DNA of 64,000 nt. It comes from Eledone cirrhosa. Its lineage: Eukaryota. Of the stretch, positions 37,927 to 52,500 are shown in pieces; positions within the stretch are counted from its first letter, which is position 1, and the number at the start of each line of letters is the position of its first letter. The stretch is taken from assembly GCA_964016885.1 (NCBI GenBank), contig OZ024742.1, forward strand, positions 370,884,001 to 370,948,000, given 5' to 3'. The position numbers and the translations under genes were made by a program. The notes under the pieces are model-generated. The model was not told the DNA's origin, ran no database searches, and saw nothing but the letters and a program-made list of their open reading frames with translations.

Positions 37927-40900
37927 TTAGACAGTGTCACCTTAGCTGAGCAATGAAAACACACATATGGCCTTCAGCAGTGTGTTAGACAGTGTCACCT
38001 TAGCTGAGCAATGAAAACAAACATATGGCCTTCAGCAGTGTGTTAGACAGTGTCACCTTAGCTGGGCAATGAAAACACGCCTCTGGCCTTCAGCAGTGTG
38101 TTAGACAGTGTCACCTTAGCTGAACAATGAAAACACGCCTCTGGCCTTCAGCAGTGTGTTAGACAGTGTCACCTTAGCTGAGCAATGAAAACACACATCT
38201 GGCCTTCAGCAGTGTGTTAGACAGTGTCACCTTAGCTGAGCAATGAAAACACACATCTAGCCTTCAGCAGTGTGTTAGACAGTGTCACCTTAGCTGAGCA
38301 ATGAAAACACACCTCTGGTCTTCAGCAGTGTGTTAGACAGTGTCAACTTAGCTGAGCAATGAAAACACGCCTCTGGCCTTCAGCAGTATGTTAGACAGTG
38401 TCACCTTAGCTGAGCAATGAAAACACGCCTCTGGCCTTCAGCAGTGTGTTAGACAGTGTCACCTTAGCTGAGCAATGAAAACACGCCTCTGGCCTTCAGC
38501 AGTGTGTTAGACAGTGTCACCTTAGCTGAGCAATGAAAACACACATCTGGCCTTCAACAGTGTGTTAGACAATATCACCTTAGCTGAGCAATGAAAACAC
38601 ACATCTGGCCTTCAGCAGTGTGTTAGACAGTTTTACCTTAGCTGAGCAATGAAAACATGCCTCTTGCCTTCAGCAGTGTGTTAGACAGTGTCACCTTAGC
38701 TGAGCAATGAAAACACACATCTGGCCTTCAGCAGTGTGTTAGACAGTGTCACCTTAGCTGAGCAATGAAAACACACATCTGGCCTTCAGCAGTGTGTTAG
38801 ACAGTGTCACCTGAGCTGAGCAATGAAAACACACCTCTGGCCTTCAGCATTGTGCTAGACAGTGTCACCTTAGCTGAGCAATGACAACACACCTCTAGCC
38901 TTCAGCAGTTTGCTAGACAGTGTCAGCTTAGCTGAACAATGAAAACACACATCTGGTCTTCAGCAGTGTGTTAGACAGTGTCACCTTAGCTGAGCAATGA
39001 AAACACACATCTGGCCTTCAGCCGTATGCTAGACAGTGTCACCTTAGCTGAGCAATGAAAACACACATCTGGCCTTCAGCAGTGTGTTAGACAATGTCAC
39101 CTGAGCTGAGCAATGAAAACACACCTCTGGCTTTCAGCAGTGTGTTAGACAGTGTCCCCTTAGCTGAGCAATGAAAACACACCTCTGGCCTTCAGCAGTG
39201 TGTTAGGCAGTGTCACCTTAGCTGAGCAATGAAAACATACCTCTGGTCTTCAGCAGTATGTTAGACAGTGTCCCCTGAGCTGAGCAATGAAAACACACCT
39301 CTGGCCTTCAGCAGTGTGTTAGGCAGTGTCACCTTAGCTGAGCAATGAAAACGCACCTCTGGGCTTCAGCAGTGTGTTAGACAGTGTCACCTTAGCTGAG
39401 CAATGAAAAAACACCTCTGGCCTTCAGCAGTGTGTTAGACAGTGTCACCTTAGCTGAGCAATGAAAACCACCTCTGGGCTTCAGCAGTGTGTTAGACAGT
39501 GTCACCTTAGCTGAGCAATGAAAACACACATCTGGTCTTCAGCAGTGTGTTAGACAGTGTCACCTGAGCTGAGCAATGAAAACACACATCTGGCCTTGAG
39601 CAGTGTGTTAGACAGTGTCACCTTAGCTGAGCAATGAAAACACACATATGGCCTTCAGCAGTATGTTAGACAGTGTCACCTTAGCTGAGCAATTAAAACA
39701 CGCTTCTGGCCTTCAGCAGTGTGTTAGACGGTGTCACCTTAGCTGAGCAATGTAAACACACATCTGGCCTTCAGAAGTGTGTTAGACAGTGTCACCTTAG
39801 CTGAGCAATGAAAACACGCCACTGGCCTTCAGCAGTGTGTTAGACAGTGTCACCTTAGCTGACAATGAAAACACACCTCTGGCCTTCAGCAGTGTGTTAG
39901 AGAGTGTCACCTTAGCTGAGCAATGAAAACACACATCTGGCCATCAGCAGTGTGTTAGACAGTGTCACCTTATTTGAGCAATGAAAACACACATCTGGTC
40001 TTCAGCAGTCTGTTAGACAGTGTCACCTGAGCTGAGCAATGAAAACACACCTCTGGCCTTCAGCATTGTGCTAGACAGTGTCACCTTAGCTGAGCAATGA
40101 CAACACACCTCTAGCCTTCAGCAGTTTGCTAGACATTGTCAGCTTAGCTGAACAATGAAAACACACATCTGGCCTTCAGCAGTGTGTTAGACAGTGTCAC
40201 CTTAGCTGAGCAATGAAAACACACATATGGCCTTCAGCAGTGTGTTAGACAGTGTCACCTTAGCTGAGCAATGAAAACAAACATATGGCCTTCAGCAGTA
40301 TGTTAGACAGTGTCACCTTAGCTGGGCAATGAAAACACGCCTCTGGCCTTCAGCAGTGTGTTAGACAGTGTCACCTTAGCTGAACAATGAAAACACGCCT
40401 CTGGCCTTCAACAGTGTGTTAGACAGTGTCACCTTAGCTGAGCAATGAAAACACACATCTGGCCTTCAGCAGTGTGTTAGACAGTGTCACCTTAGCTGAG
40501 CAATGAAAACACACATCTAGCCTTCAGCAGTGTGTTAGACAGTGTCACCTTAGCTGAGCAATGAAAACACACCTCTGGTCTTCAGCAGTGTGTTAGACAG
40601 TGTCAACTTAGCTGAGCAATGAAAACACGCCTCTGGCCTTCAGCAGTATGTTAGACAGTGTCACCTTAGCTGAGCAATGAAAACACGCCTCTGGCCTTCA
40701 GCAGTGTGTTAGACAGTGTCACCTTAGCTGAGCAATGAAAACACGCCTCTGGCCTTCAGCAGTGTGTTAGACAGTGTCACCTTAGCTGAGCAATGAAAAC
40801 ACACATCTGGCCTTCAACAGTGTGTTAGACAATATCACCTTAGCTGAGCAATGAAAACACACATCTGGCCTTCAGCAGTGTGTTAGACAGTTTTACCTTA

Positions 40901-42486
40901 GCTGAGCAATGAAAACATGCCTCTTGCCTTCAGCAGTGTGTTAGACAGTGTCACCTTAGCTGAGCAATGAAAACACACATCTGGCCTTCAGCAGTGTGTT
41001 AGACAGTGTCACCTTAGCTGAGCAATGAAAACACACATCTGGCCTTCAGCAGTGTGTTAGACAGTGTCACCTGAGCTGAGCAATGAAAACACACCTCTGG
41101 CCTTCAGCATTGTGCTAGACAGTGTCACCTTAGCTGAGCAATGACAACACACCTCTAGCCTTCAGCAGTTTGCTAGACAGTGTCAGCTTAGCTGAACAAT
41201 GAAAACACACATCTGGTCTTCAGCAGTGTGTTAGACAGTGTCACCTTAGCTGAGCAATGAAAACACACATCTGGCCTTCAGCCGTATGCTAGACAGTGTC
41301 ACCTTAGCTGAGCAATGAAAACACACATCTGGCCTTCAGCAGTGTGTTAGACAATGTCACCTGAGCTGAGCAATGAAAACACACCTCTGGCTTTCAGCAG
41401 TGTGTTAGACAGTGTCCCCTTAGCTGAGCAATGAAAACACACCTCTGGCCTTCAGCAGTGTGTTAGGCAGTGTCACCTTAGCTGAGCAATGAAAACATAC
41501 CTCTGGTCTTCAGCAGTATGTTAGACAGTGTCCCCTGAGCTGAGCAATGAAAACACACCTCTGGCCTTCAGCAGTGTGTTAGGCAGTGTCACCTTAGCTG
41601 AGCAATGAAAACGCACCTCTGGGCTTCAGCAGTGTGTTAGACAGTGTCACCTTAGCTGAGCAATGAAAAAACACCTCTGGCCTTCAGCAGTGTGTTAGAC
41701 AGTGTCACCTTAGCTGAGCAATGAAAACCACCTCTGGGCTTCAGCAGTGTGTTAGACAGTGTCACCTTAGCTGAGCAATGAAAACACACATCTGGTCTTC
41801 AGCAGTGTGTTAGACAGTGTCACCTGAGCTGAGCAATGAAAACACACATCTGGCCTTGAGCAGTGTGTTAGACAGTGTCACCTTAGCTGAGCAATGAAAA
41901 CACACATATGGCCTTCAGCAGTATGTTAGACAGTGTCACCTTAGCTGAGCAATTAAAACACGCTTCTGGCCTTCAGCAGTGTGTTAGACGGTGTCACCTT
42001 AGCTGAGCAATGTAAACACACATCTGGCCTTCAGAAGTGTGTTAGACAGTGTCACCTTAGCTGAGCAATGAAAACACGCCACTGGCCTTCAGCAGTGTGT
42101 TAGACAGTGTCACCTTAGCTAACAATGAAAACACACCTCTGGCCTTCAGCAGTGTGTTAGAGAGTGTCACCTTAGCTGAGCAATGAAAACACACATCTGG
42201 CCATCAGCAGTGTGTTAGACAGTGTCACCTTATTTGAGCAATGAAAACACACATCTGGTCTTCAGCAGTGTGTTAGACAGTGTCACCTGAGCTGAGCAAT
42301 GAAAACACACCTCTGGCCTTCAGCATTGTGCTAGACAGTGTCACCTTAGCTGAGCAATGACAACACACCTCTAGCCTTCAGCAGTTTGCTAGACATTGTC
42401 AGCTTAGCTGAACAATGAAAACACACATCTGGCCTTCAGCAGTGTGTTAGACAGTGTCACCTTAGCTGAGCAATGAAAACACACAT
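37927..42486 (+). repeat. Tandem duplication of a 39-monomer (2,260-bp) block
   Basis: AATATCACCT at 38571/40831 and TTTTACCTTA at 38631/40891 (offset 2,260 = 39 x 58 - 2). About four substitutions separate the copies. Confidence 0.9.
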
Positions 42487-43599
42487 CTGGTCTTGAGCAG
42501 TGTGTTAGACAGTGTCACCTTAGCTGAGCAATGAAAACACACATCTGGCCTTCTGCCGTATGCTAGACAGTGTCACCTTAGCTGAGCAATGAAAACACAC
42601 ATCTGGCCTTCAGCAGTGTGTTAGACAGTGTCACCTGAGCTGAGCAATGGAAACACACATCTGGTCTTCAGCAGTGTGTTAGACAGTGTCACCTGAGCTG
42701 AGCAATTAAAACACACATCTGGCCTTCAGCAGTATGTTAGACAGTGTCACCTTAGCTGAGCAATGAAAACACGCTTCTGGCCTTCAGCAGTGTGTTAGAC
42801 AGTGTCACCTTAGCTGAGCAATGAAAACACACATCTGGCCTTCAGAAGTGTGTTAGACAGTGTCACCTTAGCTGAGCAATGAAAACACGCCACTGTCCTT
42901 CAGCAGTGTGTTAGACAGTGTCACCTTAGCTGACAATGAAAACACACCTCTGGCCTTCAGCAGTGTGTTAGAGAGTGTCACCTTAGCTGAGCAATAGAAG
43001 CACACATATGGCCTTCAGCAGTGTGTTAGACAGTGTCACCTTAGCTGAGCAATGAAAACACACATCTGGCCTTCAGCAGTGTGTTAGACAGTGTCACCTT
43101 AGCTGAGCAATGAAAACACGCAACTGGCCTTCAGCAGTGTGTTAGACAGTGTCACCTTAGCTGACAATGAAAACACACCTCTGGCCTTCAGCAGTGTGTT
43201 AGAGAGTGTCACCTTAGCTGAGCAATAGAAGCACACATATGGCCTTCAGCAGTGTGTTAGACAGTGTCACCTTAGCTGAGCAATGAAAACACACATCTGG
43301 CCTTGAGCAGTGTGTTAGACAGTGTCACCTTAGCTGAGCAATGAAAACACGCCTCTGGCCTTCAGCTGTGTGTTAGACAGTGTCACCTTAGCTGAACAAT
43401 GAAAACACACATTTGGTCTTCAGCAGTGTGTTAGACAGTGTCACCTTAGCTGAGCAATGAAAACACACATCTGGCCTTCAGCAGTGTGTTAGACAGTGTC
43501 ACCTTAGCTTAGCAATGAAAACACACATCTGGCCTTCAGCAGTGTGTTAGACAGTGTCACCTTAGCTGAGCAATGAAAACACACATCTGGCCTTCAGCA

Positions 43600-46500
43600 G
43601 TGTGTTAGACAGTGTCACCTTAGCTGAGCAATGAAAACACACATATGGCCTTCAGCAGTATGTTAGACAGTGTCACCTTAGCTGAGCAATGAAAACACGC
43701 CTCTGGCCTTCAGCAGTGTGTTAGACAGTGTCACCTTAGCTGAGCAATGAAAACACACATATGGCCTTCAGCAGTGTGTTAGACAGTGTCACCTTAGCTG
43801 AGCAATGAAAACACACATCTGGCCTTCAGCAGTGTGTTAGACAGTGTCACCTTAGCTGAGCAATGAAAACACACATATGGCCTTCAGCAGTGTGTTAGAC
43901 AGCGTCACCTTAGCTGAGCAATGAAAACAAACATATGGCCTTCAGCAGTATGTTAGACAGTGTCACCTTAGCTGGGCAATGAAAACACGCCTCTGGCCTT
44001 CAGCAGTGTGTTAGACAGTGTCAGCTTAGCTGGGCAATGAAAACGCACCTCTGGGCTTCAGCAGTGTGTTAGGCAGTGTCACCTTAGCTGAGCAATGAAA
44101 ACACACATGTGGCCTTCAGCAGTGTGTTAGACAGTGTCACCTTAGCTGAGCAATGAAAACACACATCTGGCCTTCAGCAGTGTGTTAGACAGTGTCACCT
44201 TAGCTGAGCAATGAAAACACACATCTAGCCTTCAGCAGTGTGTTAGACAGTGTCACCTTAGCTGAGCAATGAAAACACACCTCTGGTCTTCAGCAGTGTG
44301 TTAGACAGTGTCAACTTAGCTGAGCAATGAAAACACGCCTCTGGCCTTCAGCAGTATGTTAGACAGTGTCACCTTAGCTGAGCAATGAAAACACGTCTCT
44401 GGCCTTCAGCAGTGTGTTAGACAGTGTCACCTTAGCTGAGCAATGAAAACACGCCTCTGGCCTTCAGCAGTGTGTTAGACAGTGTCACCTTAGCTGAGCA
44501 ATGAAAACACACATCTGGCCTTCAACAGTGTGTTAGACAATATCACCTTAGCTGAGCAATGAAAACACACATCTGGCCTTCAGCAGTGTGTTAGACAGTG
44601 TCACCTTAGCTGAGCAATGAAAACACGCCTCTTGCCTTCAGCAGTGTGTTAGACAGTGTCACCTTAGCTGAGCAATGAAAACACACATCTGGCCTTCAGC
44701 AGTGTGTTAGACAGTGTCACCTTAGCTGAGCAATGAAAACACACATCTGGCCTTCAGCAGTGTGTTAGACAGTGTCACCTGAGCTGAGCAATGAAAACAC
44801 ACCTCTGGCCTTCAGCATTGTGCTAGACAGTGTCACCTTAGCTGAGCAATGACAACACACCTCTAGCCTTCAGCAGTTTGCTAGACAGTGTCAGCTTAGC
44901 TGAACAATGAAAACACACATCTGGTCTTCAGCAGTGTGTTAGACAGTGTCACCTTAGCTGAGCAATGAAAACACACATCTGGCCTTCAGCCGTATGCTAG
45001 ACAGTGTCACCTTAGCTGAGCAATGAAAACACACATCTGGCCTTCAGCAGTGTGTTAGACAATGTCACCTGAGCTGAGCAATGAAAACACACCTCTGGCT
45101 TTCAGCAGTGTGTTAGACAGTGTCCCCTTAGCTGAGCAATGAAAACACACCTCTGGCCTTCAGCAGTGTGTTAGGCAGTGTCACCTTAGCTGAGCAATGA
45201 AAACATACCTCTGGTCTTCAGCAGTGTGTTAGACAGTGTCCCCTGAGCTGAGCAATGAAAACACACCTCTGGCCTTCAGCAGTGTGTTAGGCAGTGTCAC
45301 CTTAGCTGAGCAATGAAAACGCACCTCTGGGCTTCAGCAGTGTGTTAGACAGTGTCACCTTAGCTGAGCAATGAAAAAACACCTCTGGCCTTCAGCAGTG
45401 TGTTAGACAGTGTCACCTTAGCTGAGCAATGAAAACACACATCTAGCCTTCAGCAGTGTGTTAGACAGTGTCACCTTAGCTGAGCAATGAAAACACACAT
45501 CTGGTCTTCAGCAGTGTGTTAGACAGTGTCACCTTAGCTGAGCAATGAAAACACACATATGGCCTTCAGCAGTATGTTAGACAGTGTCACCTTAGCTGAG
45601 CAATTAAAACACGCTTCTGGCCTTCAGCAGTGTGTTAGACGGTGTCACCTTAGCTGAGCAATGAAAACACACATCTGGCCTTCAGCAGTGTGTTAGACAG
45701 TGTCACCTTAGCTGGGCAATGAAAACACGCCTCTGGCCTTCAGCAGTGTGTTAGACAGTGTCACCTTAGCTGGGCAATGAAAACGCACCTCTGGGCTTCA
45801 GCAGTGTGTTAGGCAGTGTCACCTTAGCTGAGCCATGAAAACACACATGTGGCCTTCAGCAGTGTGTTAGATAGTGTCACCTTAGCTGAACAATGAAAAC
45901 ACGCCTCTGGCCTTCAGCAGTGTGTTAGACAGTGTCACCTTAGCTGAGCAATGAAAACACACATCTGGCCTTCAGCAGTGTGTTAGACAGTGTCACCTTA
46001 GCTGAGCAATGAAAACACACATCTAGCCTTCAGCAGTGTGTTAGACAGTGTCACCTTAGCTGAGCAATGAAAACACACCTCTGGTCTTCAGCAGTGTGTT
46101 AGACAGTGTCAACTTAGATGAGCAATGAAAACACGCCTCTGGCCTTCAGCAGTATGTTAGACAGTGTCACCTTAGCTGAGCAATGAAAACACGTCTCTGG
46201 CCTTCAGCAGTGTGTTAGACAGTGTCACCTTAGCTGAGCAATGAAAACACGCCTCTGGCCTTCAGCAGTGTGTTAGACAGTGTCACCTTAGCTGAGCAAT
46301 GAAAACACACATCTGGCCTTCAACAGTGTGTTAGACAATATCACCTTAGCTGAGCAATGAAAACACACATCTGGCCTTCAGCAGTGTGTTAGACAGTGTC
46401 ACCTTAGCTGAGCAATGAAAACACGCCTCTTGCCTTCAGCAGTGTGTTAGACAGTGTCACCTTAGCTGAGCAATGAAAACACACATCTGGCCTTCAGCAG

Positions 46501-49500
46501 TGTGTTAGACAGTGTCACCTTAGCTGAGCAATGAAAACACACATCTGGCCTTCAGCAGTGTGTTAGACAATGTCACCTGAGCTGAGCAATGAAAACACAC
46601 CTCTGGCCTTCAGCATTGTGCTAGACAGTGTCACCTTAGCTGAGCAATGACAACACACCTCTAGCCTTCAGCAGTTTCCTAGACAGTGTCAGCTTAGCTG
46701 AACAATGAAAACACACATCTGGTCTTCAGCAGTGTGTTAGACAGTGTCACCTTAGCTGAGCAATGAAAACACACATCTGGCCTTCAGCCGTATGCTAGAC
46801 AGTGTCACCTTAGCTGAGCAATGAAAACACACATCTGGCCTTCAGCAGTGTGTTAGACAATGTCACCTGAGCTGAGCAATGAAAACACACCTCTGGCTTT
46901 CAGCAGTGTGTTAGACAGTGTCCCCTGAGCTGAGCAATGAAAACACACCTCTGGCCTTCAGCAGTGTGTTAGGCAGTGTCACCTTAGCTGAGCAATGAAA
47001 ACGCACCTCTGGGCTTCAGCAGTGTGTTAGACAGTGTCACCTTAGCTGAACAATGAAAAAACACCTCTGGCCTTCAGCAGTGTGTTAGACAGTGTCACCT
47101 TAGCTGAGCAATGAAAACCACCTCTGGGCTTCAGCAGTGTGTTAGACAGTGTCACCTTAGCTGAGCAATGAAAACACACATCTGGTCTTCAGCAGTGTGT
47201 TAGACAGTGTCACCTGAGCTGAGCAATGAAAACACACATCTGGCCTTGAGCAGTGTGTTAGACAGTGTCACCTTAGCTGAGCAATGAAAACACACATATG
47301 GCCTTCAGCAGTATGTTAGACAGTGTCACCTTAGCTGAGCAATTAAAACACGCTTCTGGCCTTCAGCAGTGTGTTAGACGGTGTCACCTTAGCTGAGCAA
47401 TGAAAACACACATCTGGCCTTCAGAAGTGTGTTAGACAGTGTCACCTTAGCTGAGCAATGAAAACACGCCACTGGCCTTCAGCAGTGTGTTAGACAGTGT
47501 CACCTTAGCTGACAATGAAAACACACCTCTGGCCTTCAGCAGTGTGTTAGAGAGTGTCACCTTAGCTGAGCAATAGAAGCACACATATGGCCTTCAGCAG
47601 TGTGTTAGACAGTGTCACCTTAGCTGAGCAATGAAAACACACATCTGGCCTTCAGCAGTGTGTTAGACAGTGTCACCTTAGCTGAGCAATGACAACACAC
47701 CTCTGGCCTTCAGCAGTGTGTTAGACAGTGTCACCTTAGCTGAGCAATGAAAACACACATCTGGCCATCAGCAGTGTGTTAGACAGTGTCACCTTATTTG
47801 AGCAATGAAAACACACATCTGGTCTTCAGCAGTGTGTTAGACAGTGTCACCTGAGCTGAGCAATGAAAACACACCTCTGGCCTTCAGCATTGTGCTAGAC
47901 AGTGTCACCTTAGCTGAGCAATGACAACACACCTCTAGCCTTCAGCAGTTTGCTAGACATTGTCAGCTTAGCTGAACAATGAAAACACACATCTGGCCTT
48001 CAGCAGTGTGTTAGACAGTGTCACCTTAGCTGAGCAATGAAAACACACATCTGGTCTTCAGCAGTGTGTTAGACAGTGTCACCTTAGCTGAGCAATGAAA
48101 ACACACATCTGGCCTTCAGCCGTATGCTAGACAGTGTCACCTTAGCTGAGCAATGAAAACACACATCTGGCCTTCAGCAGTGTGTTAGACAGTGTCACCT
48201 TAGCTGAGCAATGAAAACACACATCTGGCCTTCAGCAGTGTGTTAGACAGTGTCACCTTAGCTGAGCAATGAAAACACACATATGGCCTTCAGCAGTATG
48301 TTAGACAGTGTCACCTTAGCTGAGCAATGAAAACACGCCTCTGGCCTTCAGCAGTGTGTTAGACAGTGTAACCTTAGCTGAGCAATGAAAACACACATAT
48401 GGCCTTCAGCAGTGTGTTAGACAGTGTCACCTTAGCTGAGCAATGAAAACACACATCTGGCCTTCAGCAGTGTGTTAGACAGTGTCACCTTAGCTGAGCA
48501 ATGAAAACACACATAAGGCCTTCAGCAGTGTGTTAGACAGTGTCACCTTAGCTGAGCAATGAAAACAAACATATGGCCTTCAGCAGTATGTTAGACAGTG
48601 TCACCTTAGCTGGGCAATGAAAACACGCCTCTGGCCTTCAGCAGTGTGTTAGACAGTGTCAGCTTAGCTGGGCAATGAAAACGCACCTCTGGGCTTCAGC
48701 AGTGTGTTAGGCAGTGTCACCTTAGCTGAGCAATGAAAACACACATGTGGCCTTCAGCAGTGTGTTAGACAGTGTCACCTTAGCTGAGCAATGAAAACAC
48801 ACATCTGGCCTTCAGCAGTGTGTTAGACAGTGTCACCTTAGCTGAGCAATGAAAACACACATCTAGCCTTCAGCAGTGTGTTAGACAGTGTCACCTTAGC
48901 TGAGCAATGAAAACACACCTCTGGTCTTCAGCAGTGTGTTAGACAGTGTCAACTTAGCTGAGCAATGAAAACACGCCTCTGGCCTTCAGCAGTATGTTAG
49001 ACAGTGTCACCTTAGCTGAGCAATGAAAACACACATCTGGCCTTCAGCAGTGTGTTAGACAGTGTCACCTGAGCTGAGCAATGAAAACACACCTCTGGCC
49101 TTCAGCATTGTGCTAGACAGTGTCACCTTAGCTGAGCAATGACAACACACCTCTAGCCTTCAGCAGTTTGCTAGACAGTGTCAGCTTAGCTGAACAATGA
49201 AAACACACATCTGGTCTTCAGCAGTGTGTTAGACAGTGTCACCTTAGCTGAGCAATGAAAACACACATCTGGCCTTCAGCCGTATGCTAGACAGTGTCAC
49301 CTTAGCTGAGCAATGAAAACACACATCTGGCCTTCAGCAGTGTGTTAGACAATGTCACCTGAGCTGAGCAATGAAAACACACCTCTGGCTTTCAGCAGTG
49401 TGTTAGACAGTGTCCCCTTAGCTGAGCAATGAAAACACACCTCTGGCCTTCAGCAGTGTGTTAGGCAGTGTCACCTTAGCTGAGCAATGAAAACATACCT

Positions 49501-52500
49501 CTGGTCTTCAGCAGTGTGTTAGACAGTGTCCCCTGAGCTGAGCAATGAAAACACACCTCTGGCCTTCAGCAGTGTGTTAGGCAGTGTCACCTTAGCTGAG
49601 CAATGAAAACGCACCTCTGGGCTTCAGCAGTGTGTTAGACAGTGTCACCTTAGCTGAGCAATGAAAAAACACCTCTGGCCTTCAGCAGTGTGTTAGACAG
49701 TGTCACCTTAGCTGAGCAATGAAAACCACCTCTGGGCTTCAGCAGTGTGTTAGACAGTGTCACCTTAGCTGAGCAATGAAAACACACATCTGGTCTTCAG
49801 CAGTGTGTTAGACAGTGTCACCTGAGCTGAGCAATGAAAACACACATCTGGCCTTGAGCAGTGTGTCAGACAGTGTCACCTTAGCTGAGCAATGAAAACA
49901 CACATATGGCCTTCAGCAGTATGTTAGACAGTGTCACCTTAGCTGAGCAATTAAAACACGCTTCTGGCCTTCAGCAGTGTGTTAGACGGTGTCACGTTAG
50001 CTGAGCAATGAAAACACACATCTGGCCTTCAGCAGTGTGTTAGACAGTGTCACCTTAGCTGGGCAATGAAAACACGCCTCTGGCCTTCAGCAGTGTGTTA
50101 GACAGTGTCACCTTAGCTGGGCAATGAAAACGCACCTCTGGGCTTCAGCAGTGTGTTAGGCAGTGTCACCTTAGCTGAGCCATGAAAACACACATGTGGC
50201 CTTCAGCAGTGTGTTAGATAGTGTCACCTTAGCTGAACAATGAAAACACGCCTCTGGCCTTCAGCAGTGTGTTAGACAGTGTCACCTTAGCTGAGCAATG
50301 AAAACACACATCTGGCCTTCAGCAGTGTGTTAGACAGTGTCACCTTAGCTGAGCAATGAAAACACACATCTAGCCTTCAGCAGTGTGTTAGACAGTGTCA
50401 CCTTAGCTGAGCAATGAAAACACACCTCTGGTCTTCAGCAGTGTGTTAGACAGTGTCAACTTAGCTGAGCAATGAAAACACGCCTCTGGCCTTCAGCAGT
50501 ATGTTAGACAGTGTCACCTTAGCTGAGCAATGAAAACACGTCTCTGGCCTTCAGCAGTGTGTTAGACAGTGTCACCTTAACTGAGCAATGAAAACACGCC
50601 TCTGGCCTTCAGCAGTGTGTTAGACAGTGTCACCTTAGCTGAGCAATGAAAACACACATCTGGCCTTCAACAGTGTGTTAGACAATATCACCTTAGCTGA
50701 GCAATGAAAACACACATCTGGCCTTCAGCAGTGTGTTAGACAGTGTCACCTTAGCTGAGCAATGAAAACACGCCTCTTGCCTTCAGCAGTGTGTTAGACA
50801 GTGTCACCTTAGCTGAGCAATGAAAACACACATCTGGCCTTCAGCAGTGTGTTAGACAGTGTCACCTTAGCTGAGCAATGAAAACACACATCTGGCCTTC
50901 AGCAGTGTGTTAGACAGTGTCACCTGAGCTGAGCAATGAAAACACACCTCTGGCCTTCAGCATTGTGCTAGACAGTGTCACCTTAGCTGAGCAATGACAA
51001 CACACCTCTAGCCTTCAGCAGTTTCCTAGACAGTGTCAGCTTAGCTGAACAATGAAAACACACATCTGGTCTTCAGCAGTGTGTTAGACAGTGTCACCTT
51101 AGCTGAGCAATGAAAACACACATCTGGCCTTCAGCCGTATGCTAGACAGTGTCACCTTAGCTGAGCAATGAAAACACACATCTGGCCTTCAGCAGTGTGT
51201 TAGACAATGTCACCTGAGCTGAGCAATGAAAACACACCTCTGGCTTTCAGCAGTGTGTTAGACAGTGTCCCCTTAGCTGAGCAATGAAAACACACCTCTG
51301 GCCTTCAGCAGTGTGTTAGGCAGTGTCACCTTAGCTGAGCAATGAAAACATACCTCTGGTCTTCAGCAGTGTGTTAGACAGTGTCCCCTGAGCTGAGCAA
51401 TGAAAACACACCTCTGGCCTTCAGCAGTGTGTTAGGCAGTGTCACCTTAGCTGAGCAATGAAAACGCACCTCTGGGCTTCAGCAGTGTGTTAGACAGTGT
51501 CACCTTAGCTGAACAATGAAAAAACACCTCTGGCCTTCAGCAGTGTGTTAGACAGTGTCACCTTAGCTGAGCAATGAAAACCACCTCTGGGCTTCAGCAG
51601 TGTGTTAGACAGTGTCACCTTAGCTGAGCAATGAAAACACACATCTGGTCTTCAGCAGTGTGTTAGACAGTGTCACCTGAGCTGAGCAATGAAAACACAC
51701 ATCTGGCCTTGAGCAGTGTGTTAGACAGTGTCACCTTAGCTGAGCAATGAAAACACACATATGGCCTTCAGCAGTATGTTAGACAGTGTCACCTTAGCTG
51801 AGCAATTAAAACACGCTTCTGGCCTTCAGCAGTGTGTTAGACGGTGTCACCTTAGCTGAGCAATGAAAACACACATCTGGCCTTCAGAAGTGTGTTAGAC
51901 AGTGTCACCTTAGCTGAGCAATGAAAACACGCCACTGGCCTTCAGCAGTGTGTTAGACAGTGTCACCTTAGCTGACAATGAAAACACACCTCTGGCCTTC
52001 AGCAGTGTGTTAGAGAGTGTCACCTTAGCTGAGCAATAGAAGCACACATATGGCCTTCAGCAGTGTGTTAGACAGTGTCACCTTAGCTGAGCAATGAAAA
52101 CACACATCTGGCCTTCAGCAGTGTGTTAGACAGTGTCACCTTAGCTGAGCAATGACAACACACCTCTGGCCTTCAGCAGTGTGTTAGACAGTGTCACCTT
52201 AGCTGAGCAATGAAAACACACATCTGGCCATCAGCAGTGTGTTAGACAGTGTCACCTTATTTGAGCAATGAAAACACACATCTGGTCTTCAGCAGTGTGT
52301 TAGACAGTGTGACCTGAGCTGAGCAATGAAAACACACCTCTGGCCTTCAGCATTGTGCTAGACAGTGTCACCTTAGCTGAGCAATGACAACACACCTCTA
52401 GCCTTCAGCAGTTTGCTAGACATTGTCAGCTTAGCTGAACAATGAAAACACACATCTGGCCTTCAGCAGTGTGTTAGACAGTGTCACCTTAGCTGAGCAA